In this document: piece after piece, positions 37,528 through 46,234 of the stretch
Layout of the letters: the number at the start of each line of letters is the position of its first letter
Numbering within the stretch: position 1 is the first letter of the stretch
DNA from: an uncultured Bacteroidales bacterium
GTDB taxonomy: Bacteria; Bacteroidota; Bacteroidia; Bacteroidales; FEN-979
Direction of reading: 5' to 3'
NCBI GenBank assembly: GCA_903837605.1
Contig: CAILVF010000036.1
Location: 8,186 to 72,185, forward strand
Length of the DNA stretch: 64,000 bases
Translations under genes and position numbers: made by a program
Notes under the pieces: generated by a model
The model's database searches: none
What the model saw: the letters and a program-made list of their open reading frames with translations, nothing else
Told to the model about the DNA's origin: nothing

Positions 37528-38373
37528 TCACTTTATCATCGGAGCCCTTACCTGCTCCGCAATTGCGACTATTCCTGCCGCTTTGCTTTGAGGTATCGCT
37601 TTGCCTGATCCAAGCCCGTAATCGGTGAATATCGGTTTCAGCCTGGCCAGTTCATCAGCTACAGGCTTGATGTTCGAGTCATTGCTGTATTCAGCCAGGA
37701 TGCGCGTGAGTTTGTTGAAGCTCTCTTTTTGCCTGTATATGATCGAAGCGATCCCGCTGTTATCCTGTGCAGCCTGGCATAAGGATGAGGCAATATACAA
37801 TCCCTCCACAAATGCCCCGGCTGCCACCAGCACGGCCACCTGGTTGCGGTTGTTCCTCCTCAGGAAATCGCCGGTTTCCCCGAAAAACCTTTTAACCAGG
37901 GCAACAAGGCTGTCACGGTTGTTTTTAACCAGCTCCACCCTCGCGGGCAGGGATTTGTCATAAACACCCGCGATACCGAGATCACCGGCCAGCTTGCCGG
38001 TACAGAACAGGAATTTATCGGTTTCATCGGCCCTCTTATAAGTCGAAGAATAGGCCAGGTCGGCGTTGTAAATCCCCAGGTTCAGGGCTTTGGTTTTAGC
38101 GGTGAAATACCTGTTGACATTAGCCGGGTTATTGGTAAGGCTGAAAAGATAAGGGGCCTTTGCTTCCTGGAGCAGCATGGAAACTTCAAACGGGGTCGGG
38201 AAACGGTTTAAAATATCCTGGGTCTCGGGCGACAGGATGATCTCCTGTTTAATAATGTCGGAACCTGATTCATCCGCCCCTGAAGGATTGTCACCCGAAT
38301 TATTGCAGGCAGGCAGGATTGCCAGTGATAAAATCAAAAACCGGAATTGACGATTGACCCTGGAAATATTCAT
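37528..38373 (-). CDS. Hypothetical lipoprotein (mostly alpha-helical)
   Basis: Lipobox 'LAILPAC'. No motif recognised. Confidence 0.55.
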   Translation of the reverse strand: MNISRVNRQFRFLILSLAILPACNNSGDNPSGADESGSDIIKQEIILSPETQDILNRFPTPFEVSMLLQEAKAPYLFSLTNNPANVNRYFTAKTKALNLGIYNADLAYSSTYKRADETDKFLFCTGKLAGDLGIAGVYDKSLPARVELVKNNRDSLVALVKRFFGETGDFLRRNNRNQVAVLVAAGAFVEGLYIASSLCQAAQDNSGIASIIYRQKESFNKLTRILAEYSNDSNIKPVADELARLKPIFTDYGLGSGKAIPQSKAAGIVAIAEQVRAPMIK

Positions 38374-38610
38374 ATGTCTGTTCTTGAATTTTAATGGCTT
38401 AAATATAATTATTTTCCGGGGATAATATACCGGTTTCTTTTAATTCTCCCTGTTCCGGTTTCTCTCAAGAACTATGGGCGCCTGAAACATTCAGGTATTT
38501 TACCACTTAATTATTTTTATATAGACTTTATACAAATTAGCATTCAGGTATTGACATATACTAAATGTTTTATATTTTTAACATCAATAAATCTTTAAAG
38601 CCAGTCATTT

Positions 38611-39720
38611 ATGGAGAATCAGCGCCTTACATTTTATGAGGAACTCAAAGGGAAAGGGGTTTCCCGCCGTGATTTCCTCAAATTCTGCACTACCATGGCG
38701 GCCTTTTTAGGCTTAGAAGCCAGCGGTGTTGCCCAGATTGCAAAAGCTTTTGAAACCAAGCCACGGCTGCCGGTCATCTGGTTTCATTTCCAGGAATGTA
38801 CGTGTTGCAGCGAATCCTTTATAAGGGCATCACATCCCATTGTTGCCGATATCGTACTGGATAAAATTTCACTTGATTACCAGGAGACGCTGATGGCAGC
38901 TTCCGGGGCTCCGGCCGAAGAAGCTTACAAGGCAGTGATGGCTAAATTTCCCGGTGAATACATTGTAATGGTGGAAGGCTCCATCCCGACTGAGAATGAG
39001 GCGTACTGCTGCATAGGCGGACGAAGTGCGCTGCAGATCCTGCAGGAAGCTGTTAAAAATTGCAAGGCCGTTGTAGCCTGGGGCAACTGTGCTTCAGCCG
39101 GCTGCGTTCAGGCCGCAAGCCCGAATCCCACAGGCGCCAAACCTGTGCATAAAGTGATCAGCGGCAAGCCCGTGATCAATGTCCAGGGCTGTCCTCCCAT
39201 TGCCGACGTAATGGCTGGCGTGGTGGTTCACCTGTTGACTTTCGACCGTATCCCCCAGCTCGACGGGATGAATAGGCCCAAAGCATTCTATTCAAGAAGG
39301 GTGCACGACACCTGTTACCGCAGGGCCAATTTTGATGCCGGTTTGTTTGTCGAGTCATTCGACGATGACGGCGCCAAGAGAGGGTATTGCCTCTATAAAA
39401 TGGGCTGCAAGGGTCCGGTTACCTACAACTCCTGCGGTATCATCAAATGGAACGACAGCGTGAGTTATCCTATCCAATCGGGGCATCCCTGCATAGGTTG
39501 CGCCGAGGAAGGGTTCTGGGACAACGGTCCGTTCTACCAGCACCTCCCGGGTGTTGCAGGTTTTGGAATCGAAACTACAGCCGACAAGGTAGGACTGGGG
39601 CTGGGCATTGGAACGGCAGTAGGTATCGCCGCTCATGCCATTGTCACCAATGTGCGCAAGCATAAAGAGATAATCAATGAACCTGAGGAAGGTTCAGCAG
39701 TTGAAACCAAGAAAGAATAA
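38611..39720 (+). CDS. hyaA: [NiFe] uptake hydrogenase small subunit (Tat-exported, membrane-anchored, group-1 type)
   Basis: Tat motif 'SRRDFLKF'. FeS ligands 'ECTCCSES','GNCAS','GCPP'. C-terminal TM anchor 'GLGLGIGTAVGIAAHAIV'. Confidence 0.93.
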   Translation: MENQRLTFYEELKGKGVSRRDFLKFCTTMAAFLGLEASGVAQIAKAFETKPRLPVIWFHFQECTCCSESFIRASHPIVADIVLDKISLDYQETLMAASGAPAEEAYKAVMAKFPGEYIVMVEGSIPTENEAYCCIGGRSALQILQEAVKNCKAVVAWGNCASAGCVQAASPNPTGAKPVHKVISGKPVINVQGCPPIADVMAGVVVHLLTFDRIPQLDGMNRPKAFYSRRVHDTCYRRANFDAGLFVESFDDDGAKRGYCLYKMGCKGPVTYNSCGIIKWNDSVSYPIQSGHPCIGCAEEGFWDNGPFYQHLPGVAGFGIETTADKVGLGLGIGTAVGIAAHAIVTNVRKHKEIINEPEEGSAVETKKE

Positions 39721-39725
39721 GAGCC

Positions 39726-41444
39726 ATGGCAGACAGAATCGTAATAGATCCCATCACCCGTATTGAAGGTCACCTGCGGGTTGAAATCGAAGTAAAAGAT
39801 GGTAAGATAACCGACGCATACAGTGCCGGCACCATGGTGCGCGGCATCGAGACCATACTCAAGGGCCGCGACCCGCGTGATGCATGGGCCTTTGTAGGCC
39901 GTGTATGCGGTGTTTGTACATCCACGCATTCACTCACCTCGGTGAGGACGGTTGAAAACGCCCTTGGGATAGCGGTACCTCCAAATGCCGAGCTTATCCG
40001 TAACCTCATGGCCAATGCCCTGTATATCCAGGACCATGTGGTCCATTTTTACCAGCTGCATGCCCTCGACTGGGTAGATGTGGTATCGGCGCTTAAAGCC
40101 AATCCTGCCGAAGCCTCAAAAATCGCCCAGAGCATTTCCCCCTGGCCGAAGAGTTCGGTCGGATATTTCTCAGATATTCAGAAACGCTTTAAGAATTTCG
40201 TAGCCAGCGGACAGCTTGGCATTTTTGCCAACGGTTACTGGGGGCATAAAGCATACAAACTTCCGCCGGAAGTGAACCTTATTGCCGTGGCACATTATCT
40301 TGAAGCCCTTGAATGGCAAAAGGAACTGGTGAAAGTACATACGGTTTTCGGCGGGAAAAATCCTCACCCGAATTATCTCGTCGGCGGCGTTCCCTGCTCC
40401 ATAAATATTGATGAAGCCAATGCCGTAAATGCCGAACGGCTTGCTTTTGTAGGCAAACTTTTTGAAGATGCCAAAACCTTCGTGGACCAGGTTTATATTC
40501 CCGACCTTCTCGCTGTTGCTTCTTTCTATAAAGACTGGGGAGCCATTGGCGGAGGCCTCACGAATTACCTGGCTTTCGGCGATTTCCCGTCCAACGGGTA
40601 TAATAATCCCGACAGTTTCAAGATGCCAAGGGGAGCCATACTCGGACGCGACCTGAGCAAGATCCATGAAGTTAAGGCTGAAGACCCGGAACAGATCCAG
40701 GAATACATCAACAATTCATGGTATGAATATTCGAAGGGGAATGCGGCCGGACTGCATCCCTGGGATGGTGAGACCAAATTCAATTATACAGGCCCCAAAC
40801 CCCCTTACGAACATCTTGATTTTTCAAAACAGTACAGCTGGGTGAAGACCCCGCGCTGGAGAGGACATCCTATGGAAGTCGGTCCGCTTGCCAGGACACT
40901 TGTAGGATACGCCTCAGGCCGTGCCGATTATAAAGAGGTGGTTGAATTTGCCCTGAAAACACTGGATGTCCCTGTTGCCGCTTTATTCTCGACCCTGGGC
41001 CGCACCGCAGCAAGGGGACTCGAAACAAAGCTCACCTGCGGATGGGCTCTGGAATTCTACCAGCAGCTTCTCGCTAATATCAAGAACGGCGATTCACGTA
41101 CACAAAATAATGTGAAATGGGATCCCGAAACCTGGCCGAAACAGGCAAAAGGCATTGGAATGGTTGAAGCTCCCCGCGGAGCTTTATCGCATTTCATCGT
41201 GATCGAAGATAAAAAGATAGCCAACTACCAGCTCGTAGTCCCTACGACCTGGAATGCTTCGCCACGCGACGCAAAAGGACAACGGTCGGCATATGAGGAA
41301 TCACTGATCGGCACACCGATCGCCGATCCCAAAAACCCGCTGGAAGTGCTGAGGACGATCCATTCTTTCGACCCCTGCCTTGCCTGCGCAGTGCACCTGT
41401 ATGATGAAGACGGAACTACTATTCATGAGATGAAATCCTATTAA
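39726..41444 (+). CDS. hyaB: [NiFe] hydrogenase large subunit
   Basis: N-terminal 'DPITRIEGH' and 'RVCGVCTSTH'. C-terminal 'DPCLACAVH', followed by a cleavable tail. Confidence 0.95.
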   Translation: MADRIVIDPITRIEGHLRVEIEVKDGKITDAYSAGTMVRGIETILKGRDPRDAWAFVGRVCGVCTSTHSLTSVRTVENALGIAVPPNAELIRNLMANALYIQDHVVHFYQLHALDWVDVVSALKANPAEASKIAQSISPWPKSSVGYFSDIQKRFKNFVASGQLGIFANGYWGHKAYKLPPEVNLIAVAHYLEALEWQKELVKVHTVFGGKNPHPNYLVGGVPCSINIDEANAVNAERLAFVGKLFEDAKTFVDQVYIPDLLAVASFYKDWGAIGGGLTNYLAFGDFPSNGYNNPDSFKMPRGAILGRDLSKIHEVKAEDPEQIQEYINNSWYEYSKGNAAGLHPWDGETKFNYTGPKPPYEHLDFSKQYSWVKTPRWRGHPMEVGPLARTLVGYASGRADYKEVVEFALKTLDVPVAALFSTLGRTAARGLETKLTCGWALEFYQQLLANIKNGDSRTQNNVKWDPETWPKQAKGIGMVEAPRGALSHFIVIEDKKIANYQLVVPTTWNASPRDAKGQRSAYEESLIGTPIADPKNPLEVLRTIHSFDPCLACAVHLYDEDGTTIHEMKSY

Positions 41445-41447
41445 GCC

Positions 41448-42167
41448 ATGAGAAACCGTTCAGTCCCTCTGCGTGAAGTGCATGTTTGGGAGTTGCCTGT
41501 CCGCCTCTACCATTGGATCAATGCACTATGTATCGTATCACTCTGCATCACCGGTTACATCATAGGTAACCCGCCGGCCCTGATGAGGGGTACGGAAGCC
41601 TATTTCAATTACTGGATAGGAATAGTCCGTTTTATCCATTTTGTCACGGCTTTCCTGTTTTTCTTCAACTTCCTGTTCAGGATCTACTGGGGTTTTGTGG
41701 GAAATGAATTCTCGCGCTGGTATAATTTCATACCCCTTAAACGCTGCCAGTGGAAGGAAATGCTCGAGGTCATCAAGGTTGACGTACTTCAGCTTACAAA
41801 TAAAAAGATTGATTCGATAGGGCATAACTCCCTGGCCAGCTTCATCTATTTCATTACCTTCCTGATCTTCCTTCTGCAATGCCTTACCGGCTTCGGGATG
41901 TATGCTGCCATGAGCAGCGCCTTCCTGCCGAAGATGTTTGCATGGGTGGTGCCATTCCTGGGAGGTGATATGCAGGTACGCCAGATCCATCATCTGCTGA
42001 TGTGGGGGTTCATCCTCTTTGCCATGGTGCATATGTACCTGGTATTCTATCATGACTATATCGAACGCAGGGGAGTTACTTCCTCCATGATCGGCGGATG
42101 GAAATTCATCGAAGAAGATGTGATCGAGCGTCATGATAACCGGACCGAGGAATGTCCTAAGGACTGA
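41448..42167 (+). CDS. hyaC: Ni/Fe-hydrogenase b-type cytochrome subunit
   Basis: 239 aa, 4 TM. 'RLYHWINALCI' and conserved His residues ('FIHFV','QIHHLLMW'). Confidence 0.88.
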   Translation: MRNRSVPLREVHVWELPVRLYHWINALCIVSLCITGYIIGNPPALMRGTEAYFNYWIGIVRFIHFVTAFLFFFNFLFRIYWGFVGNEFSRWYNFIPLKRCQWKEMLEVIKVDVLQLTNKKIDSIGHNSLASFIYFITFLIFLLQCLTGFGMYAAMSSAFLPKMFAWVVPFLGGDMQVRQIHHLLMWGFILFAMVHMYLVFYHDYIERRGVTSSMIGGWKFIEEDVIERHDNRTEECPKD

Positions 42168-42187
42168 CACACTCAAGTATATCTCAT

Positions 42188-42658
42188 TTGCCTGAAATAC
42201 AAAACGACATCCTGGTTCTCGGGATTGGTAACCTGTTGATGAACGATGAAGGTGTGGGCATCCATGCCGTGAACAGGCTTGAAAAGGAGGGAGGCATTCC
42301 CGGGGCCGACCTTATGGATGGCGGAACAGGAGGCTTTCACCTTCTGGGCCATATTCAATCCTACAAAACCATCATTTTTATTGACGCTTCCCTGGATCAT
42401 TTTCCTGCCGGGCATGTGAGGGTGCTCCATCCGCGTTTTGCTAAGGATTTTCCAAGGCAGTTAAGCGCCCATGAGATAGGTTTGAAGGACCTGCTGGATT
42501 CGGCCATACTCCTGGGGAATATGCCGAAACTATACCTGGTTGCGGTTTCGGTAAAGGATTTCCAGGATATGGGCATGGACCTCTCGGCGGATGTGGAAGC
42601 GGCTATCCCTGAAGTGATGAAATGTGTTAGAGAAATAGTCGAGGAGATTGTCTCATAA
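42188..42658 (+). CDS. hyaD: Hydrogenase maturation endopeptidase (HyaD/HybD family)
   Basis: 'ILVLGIGNLLMNDEGVGIH','FIDA' and 'HE(I)G' motifs. TTG start. Confidence 0.85.
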   Translation: MPEIQNDILVLGIGNLLMNDEGVGIHAVNRLEKEGGIPGADLMDGGTGGFHLLGHIQSYKTIIFIDASLDHFPAGHVRVLHPRFAKDFPRQLSAHEIGLKDLLDSAILLGNMPKLYLVAVSVKDFQDMGMDLSADVEAAIPEVMKCVREIVEEIVS

Positions 42659-43531
42659 CTGCTTTTCCAGCCAGTCGTACCATTCTTTCATCCCTTCCCC
42701 GGTCTTTGCCGACATCAGGATGAACTCCAGTTTCGGGTTTAGTTGCTGTGCATATCTCTTTGCCGTTTCCACACTGAAATCAACATAGGGCAGGAGGTCG
42801 GTTTTATTGATGATGCATAGATCCGACGACTGGAACATATAAGGGTACTTTATGGGTTTGTCATCCCCCTCGGTCACACTGATCACAACCACCCTTTTCT
42901 TTTCCCCCAGGTCAAACATCGCAGGACATACAAGGTTCCCCACATTCTCGATGAACAGGACGGAATGGTTTTCGACAGGAAGTTTTTTTAGGGCCAGCTG
43001 TATCATGTTTGCATCGAGATGGCATCCGTTTCCGGTATTGATCTGGATCGCGGGAGCCCCCGATTTCTCAATCCTGTCGGCATCCCTCGCCGTTTGCTGA
43101 TCACCCTCGATTACAAAGATCTTCCTTTTTGAGACAAGTGCCTGAATGGTTTTTTCAAGTATACTGGTCTTGCCGGATCCGGGGGAACTTACCAGGTTCA
43201 GGCAAAGCACTTCCTTCCCTTCAAAATAACCACGGTTCCTCTCGGCCAGGCGGTTGTTTTCCGACAGGATGTCGATGTTGAGAGGGATCTCTTTTTTTTC
43301 GTGATGATCGTGATGGCCGTGATGATCGTGATCATGGGGATGCCCGTGGACATGAGGGTGGGAATGCTTGTGGCCATCGTGCTCATGCTCATGGTAATGT
43401 TCGTGAGCATCATGTTTATGGGTGTGTGGGTGAGCGGGGCCTTCGTGTTCGTGGGAATGTTCGTGATGATTATGATGAGGATCATGTATTTTGAAGTCAT
43501 CCGGTTTTCCGCATCCGCAGGTTTCGCACAT
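42653..43531 (-). CDS. hypB: Hydrogenase nickel-insertion GTPase HypB with His-rich N-terminal domain
   Basis: 'CETCGCG' N-terminal Cys motif. ~30 His in the first ~85 aa. P-loop 'SSPGSGKTS'. 'NKTDL'. Confidence 0.93.
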   Translation of the reverse strand: MCETCGCGKPDDFKIHDPHHNHHEHSHEHEGPAHPHTHKHDAHEHYHEHEHDGHKHSHPHVHGHPHDHDHHGHHDHHEKKEIPLNIDILSENNRLAERNRGYFEGKEVLCLNLVSSPGSGKTSILEKTIQALVSKRKIFVIEGDQQTARDADRIEKSGAPAIQINTGNGCHLDANMIQLALKKLPVENHSVLFIENVGNLVCPAMFDLGEKKRVVVISVTEGDDKPIKYPYMFQSSDLCIINKTDLLPYVDFSVETAKRYAQQLNPKLEFILMSAKTGEGMKEWYDWLEKQL

Positions 43532-43552
43532 AAGCTCTCTTTTTAATTAAAT

Positions 43553-43894
43553 TTATTCTCCAACCATTGATATCACCCTGAACTCCTGTCCGCCCCTGAT
43601 CTCCGAGGGGAAGGAGCCGCAGCCGGGGCAGCTGTCAAGCCTGTTTCTCATTTCGAATTCCCTTTCACAGGATTTACAAATCCCTGTTCCGGGGCTTCGG
43701 TTCAGGCGTATTTCAGCCTTGCCGAGTATTGTCTCTTTTGTCAGGAGTTCCAGGGCCCATTGAAAAGCATCCGCTTCAACACCGCTGAGGTCACCCACTT
43801 CAATAAGAACCTCCTGTATCCCTGATAAGCCGTTTTTCCTGGCCTCTTCAGTGACAAGGTTGATTACGTCCGTTGCAAGCGACAGTTCATGCAT
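43553..43894 (-). CDS. hypA: Hydrogenase nickel metallochaperone HypA
   Basis: 113 aa. 'MHELSL' N-terminus and two CxxC pairs ('CKSCE','CPGCG'). Confidence 0.93.
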   Translation of the reverse strand: MHELSLATDVINLVTEEARKNGLSGIQEVLIEVGDLSGVEADAFQWALELLTKETILGKAEIRLNRSPGTGICKSCEREFEMRNRLDSCPGCGSFPSEIRGGQEFRVISMVGE

Positions 43895-43906
43895 CCTTTA
43901 AGATTT

Positions 43907-44929
43907 TCAGCAAATGCGGGGTAAAGGATCGCCTGAAAGAGAGTCGATGATGCGCTTCCCCCCTGTTTCAGTAACAAGCACCACCTTGCCCGGATGGTCA
44001 CTTACGACCTTCCCGATAATGGCGCTGTGTATTCCAAGTTCATGTTTACTCATGATCTTCAGGATTCGTTCACATTCTTTTTCGGCAGCAACAATTAAAA
44101 CCTTGCCTTCGTTGGCCACGTACAGTGGGTCAAACCCGAGAAGCTCACACATGGCCTTCACGCCTTTCCCTACAGGTAATGCTGCTTCGTCAAGGCTTAT
44201 CCCGAATTTCTTTGAAGCAGTAAGCTCGTTCAGTACCGTAGCAACTCCGCCCCTGGTTGGATCGCGCATGAATTTTACCGAAGTGGTATGGTCAAGCACT
44301 TCCCCGATCAGGTGGTTGAGGCTGGCACAATCAGAGACAACAGGAGTTTTAAAGTTGAACGATTCCCTGGCATTCATTACAGCCATGCCATGCTCTCCAA
44401 TGGGCCCGTTGATCAGTATGAGGTCGCCAGGTTTAATGCTCCTGAATTTTCCTGCAAGCCGCTTTGCCTTGTTTATCCTTCCGATACCTGCCGTATTGAT
44501 AAAGAGTTTATCGCATTTGCCTTTGTTGACGACTTTGGTATCACCGGTAACAATAAGCACTCCTGCTTTTTTTGCCTCGGCAGCAAGAGAAATCACTATG
44601 GTTTCGAGATCCTTCATGGGATAGCCTTCCTCTATGATGAAGGAAACGCTTATAAACATCGGCTTTGCACCGGAAACAGAGAGGTCATTCACGGTCCCGC
44701 AAACAGCAAGTTTGCCTATATTACCTCCCGGGAAGAACAGGGGATCGATCACGAATGAATCTGTTGTAAACGCAATCTCCTCTGAGCCGGGAGTCAGGAT
44801 AGCCGAATCGCTTTGCTGCTTCAGTATTTTATTTCCGAAATGTTTAACAAACAAACCGGTGATCAGCTCATGCATTTTAAGTCCCCCGTTGCCATGGCTC
44901 AGCAGTATTTTCTCTTCTTTCCGGTTCAT
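43907..44929 (-). CDS. hypE: Hydrogenase maturation protein HypE (carbamoyl dehydratase)
   Basis: 340 aa, PurM-like, with the C-terminal 'PRIC' motif. Confidence 0.93.
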   Translation of the reverse strand: MNRKEEKILLSHGNGGLKMHELITGLFVKHFGNKILKQQSDSAILTPGSEEIAFTTDSFVIDPLFFPGGNIGKLAVCGTVNDLSVSGAKPMFISVSFIIEEGYPMKDLETIVISLAAEAKKAGVLIVTGDTKVVNKGKCDKLFINTAGIGRINKAKRLAGKFRSIKPGDLILINGPIGEHGMAVMNARESFNFKTPVVSDCASLNHLIGEVLDHTTSVKFMRDPTRGGVATVLNELTASKKFGISLDEAALPVGKGVKAMCELLGFDPLYVANEGKVLIVAAEKECERILKIMSKHELGIHSAIIGKVVSDHPGKVVLVTETGGKRIIDSLSGDPLPRIC

Positions 44930-46005
44930 GAGCGGTATTTATAATAGGTTGAACAGGTTCCTTCCCCAGAGACCATGCAGGCCCCGACCGGGTCGGCAGG
45001 TGTGCATTTCTTTCCAAACAGCCTGCAGTCATGGGGTGTTTTCAGTCCCCTCAGTATCATCCCGCAGATGCACCCTTTTGGTTCAGGGGCAACAGGAACA
45101 TCAAGGGGATACAAACGTTCCGTATCAAAATCGGAAAAGCCCGGCCGTATTTTTAATCCGCTTAGCGGTATCATTCCAAGCCCCCTCCATCTGTCATCCT
45201 TCAGCTCAAATACCTTTTTCAGCAGCTTTTGAGCGATGGGGTTCCCTTTCTCCTGCACCACTCTCTGGTACTGGATCTCGATTTTGGGCTTCCCGGCTTC
45301 AACCTGTGATATTAGCATCAGTATAGCCTGCATCATATCGACCGGCTCAAAGCCTGCTACAACCACTCCGAGCCCGAATGACACAGGCAGGTCCTTGTAA
45401 ATTGAGGTTCCCGTGATGGCGGTGACATGGCCCGGGGCTATGAAGCCGTTGATTTTTACCCCTTCAATTACAAGCGCTTTCATGACCGGTGGCATCACTT
45501 TATGGGCGCTCAATACCGAGAAATTACGGATCTTTCTTTTTTTCGCTTCAACAATGGCAGCAGCCGTAAGCGGGGCCGTGGTCTCAAAACCTATACCGAG
45601 AAAAATTACCTTGTTGCCGGGGTGCTTCAATGCGATTTCAAGAGATTCAAGTACTGAGTATACAATGCGGATGTCATATCCCGAAGCCTTTTCTTTCTCC
45701 AGGGAGGAGGCGGATCCGGGCACCCGTATCAGGTCTCCATAGGTCGTGATGATCGCCCCAGGCATCCTGGCATAAGCAATAGCCGTGTCGATGAAATGCT
45801 GGCCCGAAACGCAGACCGGGCATCCCGGTCCCGACAAAAGGTGTATGTTCGGCGGGAGAAGCGAAAGAAGGCCGAACCTGTGAATAGCCATGGTGTGGCC
45901 CCCGCAGACCCCCATCAGAGAGATCTCCTTTTTGGAAATCCTTTTAATTTCTTCGGAGATCCCTGTTATAAGCTCCTTTTTCCTGTATTCGTCAATGTAC
46001 TTCAT
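44926..46005 (-). CDS. hypD: Hydrogenase maturation protein HypD
   Basis: 359 aa. 'GPGCPVCV','GFETT' and 'C..PADPVGACMVS.EG.C' motifs. Confidence 0.93.
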   Translation of the reverse strand: MKYIDEYRKKELITGISEEIKRISKKEISLMGVCGGHTMAIHRFGLLSLLPPNIHLLSGPGCPVCVSGQHFIDTAIAYARMPGAIITTYGDLIRVPGSASSLEKEKASGYDIRIVYSVLESLEIALKHPGNKVIFLGIGFETTAPLTAAAIVEAKKRKIRNFSVLSAHKVMPPVMKALVIEGVKINGFIAPGHVTAITGTSIYKDLPVSFGLGVVVAGFEPVDMMQAILMLISQVEAGKPKIEIQYQRVVQEKGNPIAQKLLKKVFELKDDRWRGLGMIPLSGLKIRPGFSDFDTERLYPLDVPVAPEPKGCICGMILRGLKTPHDCRLFGKKCTPADPVGACMVSGEGTCSTYYKYRS

Positions 46006-46009
46006 GAAC

Positions 46010-46234
46010 TTATCCGGGTCTGGATCTTTCTTCTTCGACTAATAACCTCATCGTTTCCTTCGCTTCTTCCTCATCCACTTTCTGGATGGCAAAGCCGGCA
46101 TGCAGCATCACATAATCCCCTGCTTTTATATCTTCGAGAAGCAAAAGGCTTGCATGGTATTCAGTGTCTTCAATCATCACAAGGGCCGTGGCCCCTTCAA
46201 CACGTATTACTTTCGCAGGTATGGCTAAACACAT
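46010..46234 (-). CDS. hypC: Hydrogenase assembly chaperone HypC
   Basis: 74 aa with N-terminal 'MCLAIPAKV'. Confidence 0.92.
   Translation of the reverse strand: MCLAIPAKVIRVEGATALVMIEDTEYHASLLLLEDIKAGDYVMLHAGFAIQKVDEEEAKETMRLLVEEERSRPG

Noticed and set aside
43198-43546. Repetitive-looking DNA (gtgatgatcgtgatg.. / catgat.. motifs) that could be mistaken for a CRISPR or tandem repeat.
   Set aside because: It is the coding sequence of the His-rich N-terminus of HypB (CAT/CAC codons on the minus strand). There is no repeat-spacer periodicity. The two ORFs called here on either strand are artefacts of this low complexity.
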